Positions 18,966 through 31,000 are shown, counted from the first letter of the stretch. The stretch: 64,000 bases of DNA from Candidatus Latescibacterota bacterium (GCA_965248755.1 OZ252149.1:2016001-2080000); one strand, 5' to 3'. Program-made: numbers and translations. The notes: generated from the sequence alone by a model not told the origin.

Positions 18966-20959
18966 AGTCCATTGCCCCTCATTCCTGTGAAGAAATCTAC
19001 AATTAGCCACGTCCCTGCCACGACCATCGTCCCTAAGATCAGACCTAAAAAGAAAGGTCGAGTCTTCCTGAATACTGCAGCGCCGCCGTATTTGAGTATG
19101 ACTACCTTCAAGAACCACGCTGTAAAGACGCTAATCCACAGCTGATTTATTAAGAACACGGGGGTGATTACGTAGCCGATGGGATGGATAGGCCACCATA
19201 TAAAGCGGTAGCGCATAAAGGTCAAAAGTGCCATAACAGATGCCCCTGTGCCGGTGGCTATCCATCCTCCGATATCGGGAGTAAGAGCCTCCTTGACCCT
19301 TAAAGTTATGTAAATGAAGTGTACTTTGGGAGCCCCGTTAAAAAACCAGCGGTAGAGGTTGATACCGCCTTCTTCGTATGCAAGGTCCAGCACAATCCAC
19401 ATCGATCCTGCCAAACTCACAACGATGGATAACATCATCGCCCAGAAAAGCGGCCTTCTATTACCTGCAACCACATTGATCAACTTGAGCCCGTTGGCGC
19501 ACGAAGCCATAACAAACGTCCTCATCTCACCGTGCCAGGTCAAGGTGTGCCCCAGAGCAACTAATCCTTTGGGCCCTAAAACAGATGTCCCAAGCCCCGT
19601 TATGACGAAGTCTGCACCCAGCATGGGTGGCCGCATATCAGGCATCCCGCCCTCTGCTGCTACACGAGTCATCGCTGTATAGACGACAAAAGCTCCAAAC
19701 AAGAATACCGGAACGATCCACAAGGGTATTCCGCTGGCCCACAGCCACAAGGTCACAAAAAGGAGCCCTATAACCATCCCAAAGAAAGCGCTCCGGTAAG
19801 ATAGAATCTCGTCCGAGTCGTCAACATCCGGATCGTTCTTGAAGGCTTTCCTCAGGACTCCTTTGAGATGCTCGCGACCTGTCCACAGTCCTAACAGGAC
19901 GAAGGCTATCATAGCTCCCATGCCCTGAAAGAGCAGAAACGGTGAATTTAATGTCCAGTGAGAAATGTAGATACTCGTCATTGTGGTCTGTGGAAGACCG
20001 ATCATATTGAATATACCCTGCTCCAGGATGGCTAACAGGGAGAAGGACCAAATCGCAAGGGCGACGTCGCGGGGTATGAGATAAACGAATCCAATAACAT
20101 GAAAGCGGAACATGAAAAGAATGTGAATTGTCCCGCCAAACATGAACATACTCGGCGCGGCGGCGTGCCCGACTCCAATGCGTATATCTGGAATGAATGG
20201 GTAGTATCCATGGAGGGCCCTTACGCTGTCTATGACAAAAGGGATGGCAAATCCCAGCCACATGACGGGATTTTTGAAAAATGGGGCAAAATAACCACTC
20301 TTGTCGTCCCCTATCATCTCCATAGGTGTCTGAGCAAACGGATAGATCACCCTCTCCCGTTCTACCCACTGTCTCCTTAAAATCACCATCATACATATCA
20401 TCACAAAATACAGGGCAATGGCAAACGAAGACCAGTACAAAAGGGGGCCGATCCATATACCCCACGGTATCGCCTCTCCCCTGGGCAGACCTTCGTAGAA
20501 ATAGTTGATATATTCTGGATCGCGAGGGGATATCCAATCGGGGATATATGGATGAATCAGGTTGACCCAGTCGTTCTCAGGTGTAGCAAAGTAGTATACA
20601 CCCACGATTGCCGGAAGGAGGTGTTCTGTGAGGCCTACAGCCACTATAGACGAAGCTACGATCATCATAATGTATATCGTAACCAATTCGGTGGCTTCAA
20701 ACTCGATCCCCCTTTTGATCAATTTCAAAAGGGGATTTAGTATTGCTACAAGGATAAATAGAAGGAAGAGAGCCCCACCGGTGCTGAAGGCTCCAGCCAT
20801 CCAGGAGCCCATAATCATGGCATCGCTGTATGGGGCGGCTATGGATATAAAAAAGGAGAGCGCTGCTCCCACAACAAAAGATCTGACGGTAAAACGTCGA
20901 GGCGGTCTGTTCTGACCAACGGTATGATCGGTATTGAATTCCTCAGTCCTTGTCTCCAT
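18953..20959 (-). CDS. Large polytopic membrane protein, DUF6785/DUF6784-like putative (peptide) transporter, copy 2
   Basis: 668 aa, many TM helices; LRRQWVERERVIYP, WWPIHPIGY and RPFFLGLILG motifs. Confidence 0.8.
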   Translation of the reverse strand: METRTEEFNTDHTVGQNRPPRRFTVRSFVVGAALSFFISIAAPYSDAMIMGSWMAGAFSTGGALFLLFILVAILNPLLKLIKRGIEFEATELVTIYIMMIVASSIVAVGLTEHLLPAIVGVYYFATPENDWVNLIHPYIPDWISPRDPEYINYFYEGLPRGEAIPWGIWIGPLLYWSSFAIALYFVMICMMVILRRQWVERERVIYPFAQTPMEMIGDDKSGYFAPFFKNPVMWLGFAIPFVIDSVRALHGYYPFIPDIRIGVGHAAAPSMFMFGGTIHILFMFRFHVIGFVYLIPRDVALAIWSFSLLAILEQGIFNMIGLPQTTMTSIYISHWTLNSPFLLFQGMGAMIAFVLLGLWTGREHLKGVLRKAFKNDPDVDDSDEILSYRSAFFGMVIGLLFVTLWLWASGIPLWIVPVFLFGAFVVYTAMTRVAAEGGMPDMRPPMLGADFVITGLGTSVLGPKGLVALGHTLTWHGEMRTFVMASCANGLKLINVVAGNRRPLFWAMMLSIVVSLAGSMWIVLDLAYEEGGINLYRWFFNGAPKVHFIYITLRVKEALTPDIGGWIATGTGASVMALLTFMRYRFIWWPIHPIGYVITPVFLINQLWISVFTAWFLKVVILKYGGAAVFRKTRPFFLGLILGTMVVAGTWLIVDFFTGMRGNGLYVL

Positions 20960-21026
20960 AAATTAAAACAAAGGTCCTTACACTCTTCTGATGTGGTATA
21001 TAAGCTATTATAAATGCGCCAGTTCC

Positions 21027-23015
21027 CTATAAGACCTGAAGTCCATTTCCCCTCATCCCTGTGAAGAAATCTACAATGAGCCACGTCCCTGTCACGACCA
21101 TCGTCCCTAAGATCAGACCCAAAAAGAAAGGTCGAGTTTTTCTGAATACTGCAGCGCCGCCGTATTTGAGTATGACTACCTTCAAGAACCACGCTGTAAA
21201 AACGCTAATCCACATCTGATTTATTAAGAACACGGGGGTGATTACGTAGCCGATGGGATGGATAGGCCACCATATAAAGCGGTAGCGGATAAAGGTCAAA
21301 AGTGCCATAACAGATGCCCCTATGCCGGTGGCTATCCATCCTCCGATATCGGGAGTAAGAGCCTCCTTTACCCTTAAAGTTATATAAATGAAGGGTACTT
21401 TTGGAGCCCCACCGAAAAACCACTGGTAGAGGTTGATTCCTCCTTCCTGATATGCAAGGTACAGCACAATCCACATCGATCCTGCCAGGCTCACAACGAT
21501 GGAAAGCATCATCGCCCAGAAGAGCGGCCTTCTATTACCTGCAACCACATTGATCAACTTGAGCCCGTTGGCGCACGAAGCCATAACAAACGTCCTCATC
21601 TCACCGTGCCAGGTCAAGGTGTGCCCCAGAGCAACTAATCCTTTGGGCCCTAAAACAGAGGTCCCAAGCCCCGTTATGACGAAGTCTGCACCCAGCATCG
21701 GTGGCCGCATATCAGGCATCCCGCCCTCTGCTACTACACGGGTCATCGCTGTATAGACGACAAAAGCTCCAAACAAGAATACCGGGACGATCCAGAGGGG
21801 TATTCCGCTGGCCCACAGCCAAAAGGTCATAAAAAGGAGCCCTGCAACCATCCCGAAGAAAGCGCTCCGGTAAGATAGAATCTCGTCCGAGTCGTCCACG
21901 TCCGGATCGTTCTTGAAGGCTTTCCTCAGAACTCCTTTGAGGTGCTCCCGACCTGTCCACAGCCCTAACAGGACGAAGGCTATCATAGCTCCCATGCCCT
22001 GATGGAGCAGATACGGTGAATTAGATGTCCAGTGAGAAATATAGATGCTCGTCATTCTGGTCTCTTGAAGACCGATGATATTGAATATGCCCTGCTCCAC
22101 GTTTGCAAAGAGGGAGAAGGACCAAATCGCAAGGGCGACGTCGCGGGGTATGAGATAAACGAATCCAATAATATGAAAGCGGAAATCGATAAGAATGCGA
22201 ATTGTGTTGCGAAATATGGACATAGAGGAGCCAAGGTTTATATCTGGAAGGAACGGGTAGTATCCTTGGAGATACCTTACGCTGTCTATGACAAAAGGTA
22301 AGGCAAATCCCAGCCACATAACTGGATTTTTGAAAAATGGGGCAAAATAACCACTCTTGTCGTCGCCTATCATCTCCATAGGTGTCTGAGCAAACGGATA
22401 GATCACCCTCTCCCTCTCCACCCACTGCCTCCTTAAGATCACCATCATGCATATCATCACAAAATACAGAGCAATGGCAAACGAAGACCAGTACAAAAGG
22501 GGCCCGATCCATATACCCCACGGCATCGCCTCTCCCCTGGGCAGCCCTTCGTAGAAATAGTTGATATATTCTGGATCGCGAGGAGACATCCAATCGGGGA
22601 TATATGGATGAATCAGATTGACCCAGTTATTCTCAGGTGTGGCAAAGTAATATACACCGACAATGGTAGGAAGGAGGTGTTCTGTGAGGCCCACAGCCAC
22701 TATGGACGAAGCTACGATCATCATAATGTAGATCGTAACTAATTCGGTGGCTTCAAACTCGATCCCCCTTTTGATCAGTTTCAAAAGCGGATTTATTATC
22801 GCTACAAGGATAAATAGAAGGAAGAGAGCTCCACCAGTGCTGAAGGCTCCAGCCATCCAGGAACCCATGATCACGGCGTCGCTGTACGGGGCGGCTATGG
22901 ATATAAAAAAGGAGAGTCCTGCTCCCACAACAAAAGATCTGACGGTAAAACGTCGAGGTGGTCTCTCCTGGCCAAAGGTATAATCAGTTTTGAAATCCTC
23001 AGTCCTTGTCGCCAT
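21027..23015 (-). CDS. Large polytopic membrane protein, DUF6785/DUF6784-like putative transporter, copy 1
   Basis: 662 aa; highly similar tandem paralog of 18953-20959. Confidence 0.8.
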   Translation of the reverse strand: MATRTEDFKTDYTFGQERPPRRFTVRSFVVGAGLSFFISIAAPYSDAVIMGSWMAGAFSTGGALFLLFILVAIINPLLKLIKRGIEFEATELVTIYIMMIVASSIVAVGLTEHLLPTIVGVYYFATPENNWVNLIHPYIPDWMSPRDPEYINYFYEGLPRGEAMPWGIWIGPLLYWSSFAIALYFVMICMMVILRRQWVERERVIYPFAQTPMEMIGDDKSGYFAPFFKNPVMWLGFALPFVIDSVRYLQGYYPFLPDINLGSSMSIFRNTIRILIDFRFHIIGFVYLIPRDVALAIWSFSLFANVEQGIFNIIGLQETRMTSIYISHWTSNSPYLLHQGMGAMIAFVLLGLWTGREHLKGVLRKAFKNDPDVDDSDEILSYRSAFFGMVAGLLFMTFWLWASGIPLWIVPVFLFGAFVVYTAMTRVVAEGGMPDMRPPMLGADFVITGLGTSVLGPKGLVALGHTLTWHGEMRTFVMASCANGLKLINVVAGNRRPLFWAMMLSIVVSLAGSMWIVLYLAYQEGGINLYQWFFGGAPKVPFIYITLRVKEALTPDIGGWIATGIGASVMALLTFIRYRFIWWPIHPIGYVITPVFLINQMWISVFTAWFLKVVILKYGGAAVFRKTRPFFLGLILGTMVVTGTWLIVDFFTGMRGNGLQVL

Positions 23016-23204
23016 AAATTAAAAAAAGGTCCTTACAATCTTCTGGTGTGGGATATAATCTATCTATGAAATCATGGCAATTCCGATTTCTGAATATAGC
23101 GATATCTTGCCTCAGAACATCGTTTCATTTTCTCGATAAAAGTGGTAGGTGTTCAAGAAGAGCAACCTATTATGTCCTTATCCTTATTGCCGCGGCTTTG
23201 CAGT

Positions 23205-25016
23205 TCAAGGCGATATGCCGGATAACGAAGCTCCCTTGATTATTCCACTGCCCTCCTGGACTATCACAACTCGATTGGGGGAGAGATTTTCAAACCTTTC
23301 GACGAGGCCGCTTGGCCAGATTACTTCCAACAGATCTACAGTGTCGCTCTTCCCCAGACCGAAGTGAACCCTAAGATCGTTCTGCGATAGATAGCTCGAG
23401 CCGCTTCTGACCTCATTTACCTGCGTCAGTCCCCCACAGTTAACCTTTATCTTTGCTCCTATACCGTCCCTGTTACTTTCAACCCCCACAGTCTTGACCA
23501 TTAACCAGTTGTTTCTGTTGCCGCCTTCGTTGCGCAGAAAAGTAGGAGTATCGTTCAGATTCAGGACGAATATGTCTATATCCCCATCGTTGTCGTAATC
23601 TCCGAAGGAAGCTCCCCTGCTTACCTTTTTGATCAGCAATCCATCTCCTGATAGCTCTGACACTTCGTCGAATGTACCATCTCCCAAATTCTCAAAGAGT
23701 TGATTGGTCTGGGCATAGCTGGTGCCCAGATTTGCTCTATCGTGCTGTGGGAATATATGCCCGTTTGCGACAAAAAGGTCTTTATCCCCATCGTTGTCGT
23801 AATCGAAAAACTCTGTGCCCCAGGCCAAGAATTTGAAGCTCTCCATCCCTACTCTGGCATCGAAGCTGACATCAGAAAAGAATGCTCCGTTATCGTTATG
23901 ATAGAGAGTATTGGTCTGTTCCGAAAAGTTGGTGACCAAGATGTCCTGGTAACCATCGTTGTCGTAATCTCCATAGGCGATGCCCATACAATTTTCTGCC
24001 TCGCCGCTTTCGCTGTAGGCCGCACCAATCATCCAGGCTACGTCGATAAATGTCCCGTCACCGTTATTTTCGTAGAGATAATTAGGATGAGTATCGTTTG
24101 CCACAAAGATGTCCTGATCACCGTCATTGTCATAATCTCCACAGATCACGCCGAGACCGAAGAGCATCTTTTCATCCACAACCTGTGCCTCCTCTGTCAT
24201 GTCCGAGAATGTTCCATCTCCCTCATTGCGATACATTATATCCGCACCTCCCTTCATCCCCCGAGGTCCGAAATGGAACTTAAAGCCTTCCCCCTGGTAA
24301 AACTTATCGGGAGTGGTCTCGATAAAATGTTTAAAATCCACGTAATTTGCGACGTAAAGGTCCAGATCTCCATCTGCGTCATAATCGAAAAACGCGCATC
24401 CAGTACTAAAGCTATCATCTCCAACTTTTGCGTAATCTGTGACATCTTCAAAAGTCCCATCTCCTCGGCTTCGATACAACACATTTTTTCCGTAATTAGT
24501 CACATAGATATCCAAGAATCCATCGTTATCGTAATCTCCCACTGCGCAGCCCATCCCCCAACCCTCATCTCCCAATCCCGATTCTTCCGTCACATCGGAG
24601 AACTTGTTGCCATCGTTCCTATAAAGAGCATTTCGGGGATGATTTCCGTCTGGAAACCCCACAACTTTCGATCCGTTCAAAACATACAGATCTAAATCCC
24701 CATCGTTGTCATAATCGAAAAACGCCGATCCTCCCATCATAGCATCCACGATGTATGACTGCTCGCTGTCTCCAGAGACGTTCCTCAAAACGACGCCCAA
24801 ATCCGGTGCTACATCCACGAACTTAACTCGACCGTCCTCCGGAAAGGCTTTGGCAATGCCAGTCTTTTGAGACGATATGCTTCTGTCCTGTGACACATCA
24901 ACTCGATTACCCTCTGGAAGATCTCTGGCACTATTCTTGGAGGACTCTTGGCTCCCTTGACATCCGAGAAACGATACCACAAGCAGCAATATGTACGAGA
25001 GAGTACGCACGACCAT
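23205..25016 (-). CDS. CRTAC1-family lipoprotein (FG-GAP repeats plus ASPIC/UnbV domain)
   Basis: Lipobox FLGC; repeated DYDNDGDxD motifs; SNRDGIGA..GSSYLSQNDLRVHFGLG..WPSG. Confidence 0.9.
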   Translation of the reverse strand: MVVRTLSYILLLVVSFLGCQGSQESSKNSARDLPEGNRVDVSQDRSISSQKTGIAKAFPEDGRVKFVDVAPDLGVVLRNVSGDSEQSYIVDAMMGGSAFFDYDNDGDLDLYVLNGSKVVGFPDGNHPRNALYRNDGNKFSDVTEESGLGDEGWGMGCAVGDYDNDGFLDIYVTNYGKNVLYRSRGDGTFEDVTDYAKVGDDSFSTGCAFFDYDADGDLDLYVANYVDFKHFIETTPDKFYQGEGFKFHFGPRGMKGGADIMYRNEGDGTFSDMTEEAQVVDEKMLFGLGVICGDYDNDGDQDIFVANDTHPNYLYENNGDGTFIDVAWMIGAAYSESGEAENCMGIAYGDYDNDGYQDILVTNFSEQTNTLYHNDNGAFFSDVSFDARVGMESFKFLAWGTEFFDYDNDGDKDLFVANGHIFPQHDRANLGTSYAQTNQLFENLGDGTFDEVSELSGDGLLIKKVSRGASFGDYDNDGDIDIFVLNLNDTPTFLRNEGGNRNNWLMVKTVGVESNRDGIGAKIKVNCGGLTQVNEVRSGSSYLSQNDLRVHFGLGKSDTVDLLEVIWPSGLVERFENLSPNRVVIVQEGSGIIKGASLSGISP

Positions 25017-25067
25017 AAATTCTTCAAGCCTGCAAAAAAGATTCAGAGAGGAAGCTAAACCTCAGTC

Positions 25068-26621
25068 CTATTGATCCATCGTTTCTTGCTTTTGTCTTTT
25101 CAGTCTTCGGAAGATCTCCAGTTCCCTCTCTGCATCTTGATTTCTGCCTAATTTTATATAGGAATCTCTAAGACTATAATGATACTCGGGAATATGGGGG
25201 TCAAGACCGATAGCGAGCTTATACTCATTGATCGCCTTTATGTGTCTGCCCTGTTTGGCATAGCCAACCCCTAAGTCGTAGTGAAATTCCGGATTATCAG
25301 GAGCCACCTTCACTCTACCTTCTAAATCGAGTATCTTATCCTCGCGCAGTTCTCTGAATATCTCCATCTCCTTCTTGCCCTCATCAAATCTGCCCCCTTT
25401 CATATAGGCGTTAGCGAGACTGAAATGCGCTTCTGCATGCTGGGGTTCGAGTTGGATGGCTTTCCTGTATTTTTCGATCGTCTCTTCACCTCTTCCGAGC
25501 TTAGCGTAGACTTTGCCTAAGCTGTGGTGAATATCTGCGTTGTCAGGCTCAAGAAGGATGGCCTGTTCGTATTCTTCTGCAGCTTCGTTGTATTTTTTGT
25601 CTCTTGAGTATATCATCCCTAGATGATAGTGTGTCTGCGCTATATTCGGGTCTATCTGGATCGTTTTCCTGTACTGTTCCGCCGCTTGGTCGTACTTCCG
25701 CTGTCTCTCATAGGCCATGCCGAGATTGTGCTGAAACCATCCGTTGGCAGGAGCAAGTTCCACAGCTCTACGGTGTTCGTTGATGGCTGTTGCAAGTTTG
25801 TCCTGCTCTGAATATACAGCTCCTAAAGTGGCAAGGGACTGCTGGTTGTAAACCAGTCCCAATTTATTGTGCACATCTGCACGGTTCGGATCCAGCTCTA
25901 AAGACCTTTTGAAGGTCTCTACAGCTTCTGGGAGTTTTCCCATTGCCATATAAGCGTTCCCGAGAACGTAATAGATAGACGGCTCATCGGGGAGTAACTT
26001 TAAAGCCACCTGTAATCCTGCTATAGCCTTGGAGTATTCCTGTTTTTCCAGGTAAATCATCCCGAGTCTGTAGTGAGAAAGTCCGTAATTAGGATTGAGC
26101 CTGAGGACCCTTTTAAAGCTTTCTTCAGCTTTGCCTTTCTCCCTATTTAGGTAGTAGATAGCACCCAGACCATGATGCGCAGGGAAGTAGTTGGGATCGA
26201 TCTTAACCACCCTTTCGTAAGCGTCCTTCGCTTGGTCGTATTCTTTGCGTATAAAGGATAGTTTACCTAACTTGTAAAGCGAAGGGACATAGTTCGGATC
26301 GATCTGTATCGCCCTTTCCAACTCCTCTACTGCCCGGGCATGTCTGGATTGTATTAAATAGATAAAGCCGAGGCCGTCGTGGGCGCGGACGCTGTTTGGA
26401 TCTATTTCGATCGCTTTCTTGTACTCTCTTTCTGCGCCTTCATAGTACCCACTTTTCGAAAAGTACCGGCCGAGTTTATAATGCTCTTGGCTCCTCAGGG
26501 AGTCCTCTTCACTTAGTTTCTGCCCGTAAACTTCCCCAGAGCGACATACTATTAAGATAGCTCCAAGAAGGCAGAGGGGTATATTTCGCGCCTTCCAGAC
26601 ATTTGCTAGGTGCGTCAACAT
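25068..26621 (-). CDS. Tetratricopeptide repeat protein (exported)
   Basis: About a dozen 34-aa TPR units (A...Y..AI.LDP....H..LG); N-terminal signal-like segment. Confidence 0.92.
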   Translation of the reverse strand: MLTHLANVWKARNIPLCLLGAILIVCRSGEVYGQKLSEEDSLRSQEHYKLGRYFSKSGYYEGAEREYKKAIEIDPNSVRAHDGLGFIYLIQSRHARAVEELERAIQIDPNYVPSLYKLGKLSFIRKEYDQAKDAYERVVKIDPNYFPAHHGLGAIYYLNREKGKAEESFKRVLRLNPNYGLSHYRLGMIYLEKQEYSKAIAGLQVALKLLPDEPSIYYVLGNAYMAMGKLPEAVETFKRSLELDPNRADVHNKLGLVYNQQSLATLGAVYSEQDKLATAINEHRRAVELAPANGWFQHNLGMAYERQRKYDQAAEQYRKTIQIDPNIAQTHYHLGMIYSRDKKYNEAAEEYEQAILLEPDNADIHHSLGKVYAKLGRGEETIEKYRKAIQLEPQHAEAHFSLANAYMKGGRFDEGKKEMEIFRELREDKILDLEGRVKVAPDNPEFHYDLGVGYAKQGRHIKAINEYKLAIGLDPHIPEYHYSLRDSYIKLGRNQDAERELEIFRRLKRQKQETMDQ

Positions 26622-27049
26622 CGACTTATCTCCAATGGCGCATTGACTCTTCCGGGTTCAGTTAGCATACAGGCGGGAAGCAACTCTATAGAATTCGCAG
26701 AATCAAATCTCGACTAATATAGGCTGGATACTTTATACTGTCAAGCAAAAAAGAAGATGTGTCGTCAAATTTTGACTTGACTTTTCACGTACAGGAGCTT
26801 ATTTTATCTGCCCGAAAGATAGCGAAAACACGATGGATTTCAATGACAGCAAAAACTGTAAATATAGTCGACAAGAGCCGATTTTGACATAGTGTACCCT
26901 CCTTAGAAGTAGTTATTCAAACCCTCAAAGGCCAGAACACTATCCCATTCAGCTTCTCAAGTTTTAATTGTGCACGCCCCTCGATGAAATGACAAGAAAA
27001 TTGCGTCCTGTCCCCTTTGTCGAACATGTAGTTTTTACTGCCAACACAA

Positions 27050-27165
27050 CGACGAACCGTCCCCGCATTTCCAACGGGTTAACGACCTGAGTTTCGACTA
27101 CGCCTACCGTAAAGGGAAGGAGACTTCGTACACGGGGTCTCGGAAAAAAGAAGCCGTGACTAACC
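27050..27165 (+). pseudogene. Possible transposase C-terminal remnant
   Basis: GRRLRTRGLGK resembles IS1182/IS5-type C-terminal motifs; short and degraded. Confidence 0.25.
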
Positions 27166-27440
27166 TGGCTTGAAGGACTCCGTTGCGTTGAAGCGATGGA
27201 AAGCGCCCACTGCTTGACTTACGAAAATGTGGTATCAAAGAGGCTTCCACTCTGTCTTGAGTTAGAGGCCCCCCTGACGCACAGTGTGTTTAGTGTAAGC
27301 CAGGAGACATAAGCCTCTTTGAGAAGACATAAGCCTCGTTGTGAAAGCACCTCATACCAAAGATGGTCCAATTTTGATAATGAAAGCAAAAAACTGTTCA
27401 CCCAAAATCAGGAATATCCCTAAGGTTTCCGGGAGAGATT

Positions 27441-27850
27441 ATGTTGATTATCTCAAAAGAGGCGCATGAATTAGAACGGTTTGCGGCATCCCAACTGCAG
27501 GGCTATCTGAAGCGATTGTTCGGTCTATCCGCCACTATTGCAAATTCACCAGGTAGAACGGCGGAATTCTTGGTTATTCTGGGCAATCTGAAGAGCAATC
27601 CTGTTGTCGTCCAAGCTTTGGGCGAAGAGAATTTCCCGCAATTGAGCGAGCAGGGTTTTCTTTTGCGAAAAATAACTTTCATGGACAAGCCCACAATGGT
27701 AATAGTCGGGGGTAGCCCGAAGGCAACACTCTGGGCTGTCTATGAACTGGTCGAACGCTGGGGCGTGCGGTACTTGTTGCACGGCGACGTGCTACATGAG
27801 AATGGAAGTAAGTTCCATCTGCTTGATGTAACCGTCGTCATGGAGCCCAC
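27441..27850 (+). pseudogene. Truncated gene with an N-terminal domain like those of GH20/GH67/DUF4838 hydrolases
   Basis: AASQLQGYLKRL, LSEQGFLLR and IVGGSPKATLWAVYELVERWGVRY patterns; no catalytic domain follows. Confidence 0.65.
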
Positions 27851-27994
27851 GCTGCGGGCCACGCCCCTTCAAGACCCCAAAAGATTGTGGATCTCTTCTG
27901 CAAGAACCTGAAAAGATACCTGTCTGGAGAGCCGCTCCTAAACGTTGTTGACAAAAAAGCGGGATTCCCTGAACAGCCCTTAATTAAATCCTGA
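27848..27994 (+). pseudogene. C-terminal fragment of a D-2-hydroxyacid dehydrogenase
   Basis: Alternate frame reads HAAGHAPSRPQKIVDLFCKNLKRYLSGEPLLNVVDKKAGF. Confidence 0.7.
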
Positions 27995-28008
27995 TAGGAG
28001 ATACTAAA

Positions 28009-31000
28009 ATGAGATGTGCAATCCTATACACGGCTCTGACGCTGTTAGTCACTTTGAATACGTCTGCCTATGCGCAGGATCTTTTCGGACCTCCAATTAA
28101 CTATGCCGCTGGGTCTGATTCCCGGTCAGTATTCAGTGCAGATTTAGATGGGGATGGAGATAGTGACCTAGCTGTGGCTAATTGGAACAGCGATAATGTG
28201 TCAATATTCTTGAACAACGGAGATGCGCAATTTGCACCTAAGGTCGACTATAGCGTTGAGGATGGTCCCCAGTCAGTATTCGTTGCAGATTTAGATGGGG
28301 ATGGAGATAATGACTTAGCTGTTGCTAATAATAACAGCGATAATGTATCAGTTTTGTTGAATAATGGGAATGGCTCATTTGCACCTAAGGTGAACTATCC
28401 CGCTGGGGATGGTTCCCAATCAGTATTCAGTGTTGATTTAGACGGGGATGGAGATAATGACCTAGCTGTTGCTAATTGGGGAAATGGTAGTGGTAATACT
28501 GTATCAGTTTTGTTGAATAATGGAGATGGTACCATTTGCACCTAAAGTGGACTATGGTGTTGGGAATGGTCCCACATCAATCTTCAGTGTGGATTTAGAT
28601 GGTGATGGAGATAATGACCTTGCTGTGGCTAATTGGAACAATGGTAATGTATCAGTGTTGCTGAATAATGGGAATGGGACATTTGCACCTAAAGTGGACT
28701 ATGTTGGGAATGGTCCCTATTCAGTGTTCGGTATGGATTTAGATAAAGATGGTGACAATGACTTAGCTGTGGCTGATAGGGCTGATGGTAACGTGTCAGT
28801 GTTATTGAATAATGGGAATGGGACATTTGCACCTAAAGTGGACTATGTTGTTGGGAGCCAGCCCTATTCAGTATTCAGTGTGGATTTGGATAGAGATGGT
28901 GACAATGACTTAGTTGTAGCTAATTTTGGCAGCGGTACTGTCTCAACATTGTTGAACAACGGAGATGGGCAATTTTCACCAAAGGTGGAGTATAACGCCG
29001 GAGATGGCCCCATATCAGTGTTCAGTGCAGATTTAGATGGAGATGGAGATAACGACTTGGCTGTGGCTAATTGGTTCAGCAATAATGTATCAGTGTTGTT
29101 GAATCGCTCTGTTGTGCCTGTCGTGACATCTATTGATCCCACTTCTGGCACAGAATCGGGCGGTACAGCTGTGACGATAACGGGAAGCAATTTCCAAAGC
29201 GGAGCGACTGTTGATTTCGATGGTAGCATAGCCGATAGTGTAGTCGTAGTCTCCGATAGCATCATTACTGCTGTGACACCCGCTCATCCTGCTGGTACTG
29301 TGAGTACAATAGTCACAAATCCCGATGGTCAGGCGGATACGCTTAAGTATGGATTTGGGTTTGGTGAGCTCTCTATTAACACCAAGATTGCCTTTTGGTC
29401 ACTCCGCGATGGCAACCGGGAGATCTACGTGATGAACGTAGACGGGACAAATCAGGTCAATTTGACTAACAACCCGGCGGAGGACAACTACCCTGCTTGG
29501 TCACCTGACGGGACGAAGATCGCCTTTGAATCATTCCGCGATGGCAACGGTGAAATCTACGTGATGGACTCAGACGGGACAAACCCCGTCAATCTGACCA
29601 ATCACCCGGCGGATGACGGAAGATCTTCCTGGTATCCTGGACCTTCGTGGTCGCCAGACGGGACGAGGATCGCCTTCGTCTCAACCCGCGATGGCAACGA
29701 CGAAATCTACGTGATGGGCGCAGATGGAACAAACCAGACACGGTTGACCAACAACCCAGCGCATGACCAAGAGCCTTCCTGGTCTCCTGATGGGACGAAG
29801 ATCGCCTTTCATTCAGTACGCGATGTCAACACTGAAATCTACGTAATGAACGCAGATGGAACAAACCAGGTTAATCTGACCAACAACCCAGCGAATGACT
29901 ACGTCCCTTCTTGGTCTCCTGATGGGACGAAAATCGCTTTTCATTCAAATCGTGATGGCAACTGGGAGATCCACGTGATGAACGCAGACGGGTCAAACCC
30001 CGTCAATCTGACTAACAACACGGCGCAGGACGAACGACCTCGTTGGTCACCATTTCTCTCTGCTGTTTTACCTGTAGAGACAGTCTCCGTCAGTCTCCCA
30101 AACACATTTGTCTTTATCGGCGGTACACTTTCAGTTCCTGTCGTTATCACAGAGGATGTGACAGGACTTGGAATCATCTCAACCCAGATGAACATCAGTT
30201 ATGATTCAGATGTTGTAAAGGCAACAGATGTAACATTGGCAGGAACACTGACCCAAGGTTGGGAGATAGAGGACACAGTCGCAACTGGCATTGGGACATC
30301 CATAGATACCGTCAAGATTGCAATAGCGACTCCGGGACCTGATACATTATCAGGGTCGGGAGGTCTTGTATTTATCAAATTTGCGGTCTCCGATTCGGCG
30401 GTCATCGGTGATTCCACAGCATTAGCTTTTGAGGAATTCTTTCTCAACGAAGGCGATCCAGTGGCAATTACACAGAATGGGTCTGTGCGAATTATCAGAG
30501 GATTGTTAGGAGATGTCAGCGGCAACGGGAGAGTAATGGCATTTGATGCTGCTTTGGTGCTTCAATCCACAGTCGGTCTCTTTGTAATTTCTGACACTAT
30601 GGCAGCGGACGTAAGTGGAGATGGCACTATAAGCCCCTTTGATGCCTCTTTGATACTAAGGTTTGTTGTTGGGATAATAACCCAGTTTCCTGCTGAGACA
30701 GGAGGCCCCTCTAAGGTCGTACTTGGTGAAAGGATTATCAGTTTAGGTGATATCGAGGCTTTGTCTGATGAACGCTTTGCAGTCCCTGTCCTCATAGATG
30801 AAATGGACGGTGTCGTATCAGGTCAGCTTGAACTATCTTTCGATCCGACCAAGCTTAAAGCCTTAGATGCCACGACATCTGATCTAACTTCGGATTATCT
30901 TTACGCCTATAACGCTCAAGATGGCAGATTAAGGCTATCGTTTGCAGGGATAGAATCGGTTGAAGGCAGCGGTAGGATCGCAGAGATTATATTTGAGTCT

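Noticed and set aside
18953..23015. Diversity-generating retroelement template/variable pair
   Set aside because: This is a whole-gene duplication, the differences are not adenine-specific, and there is no reverse transcriptase in the window.
23700..24695. 331-aa plus-strand ORF
   Set aside because: Antisense to the CRTAC1 gene; its periodicity mirrors the DYDNDGD repeats.
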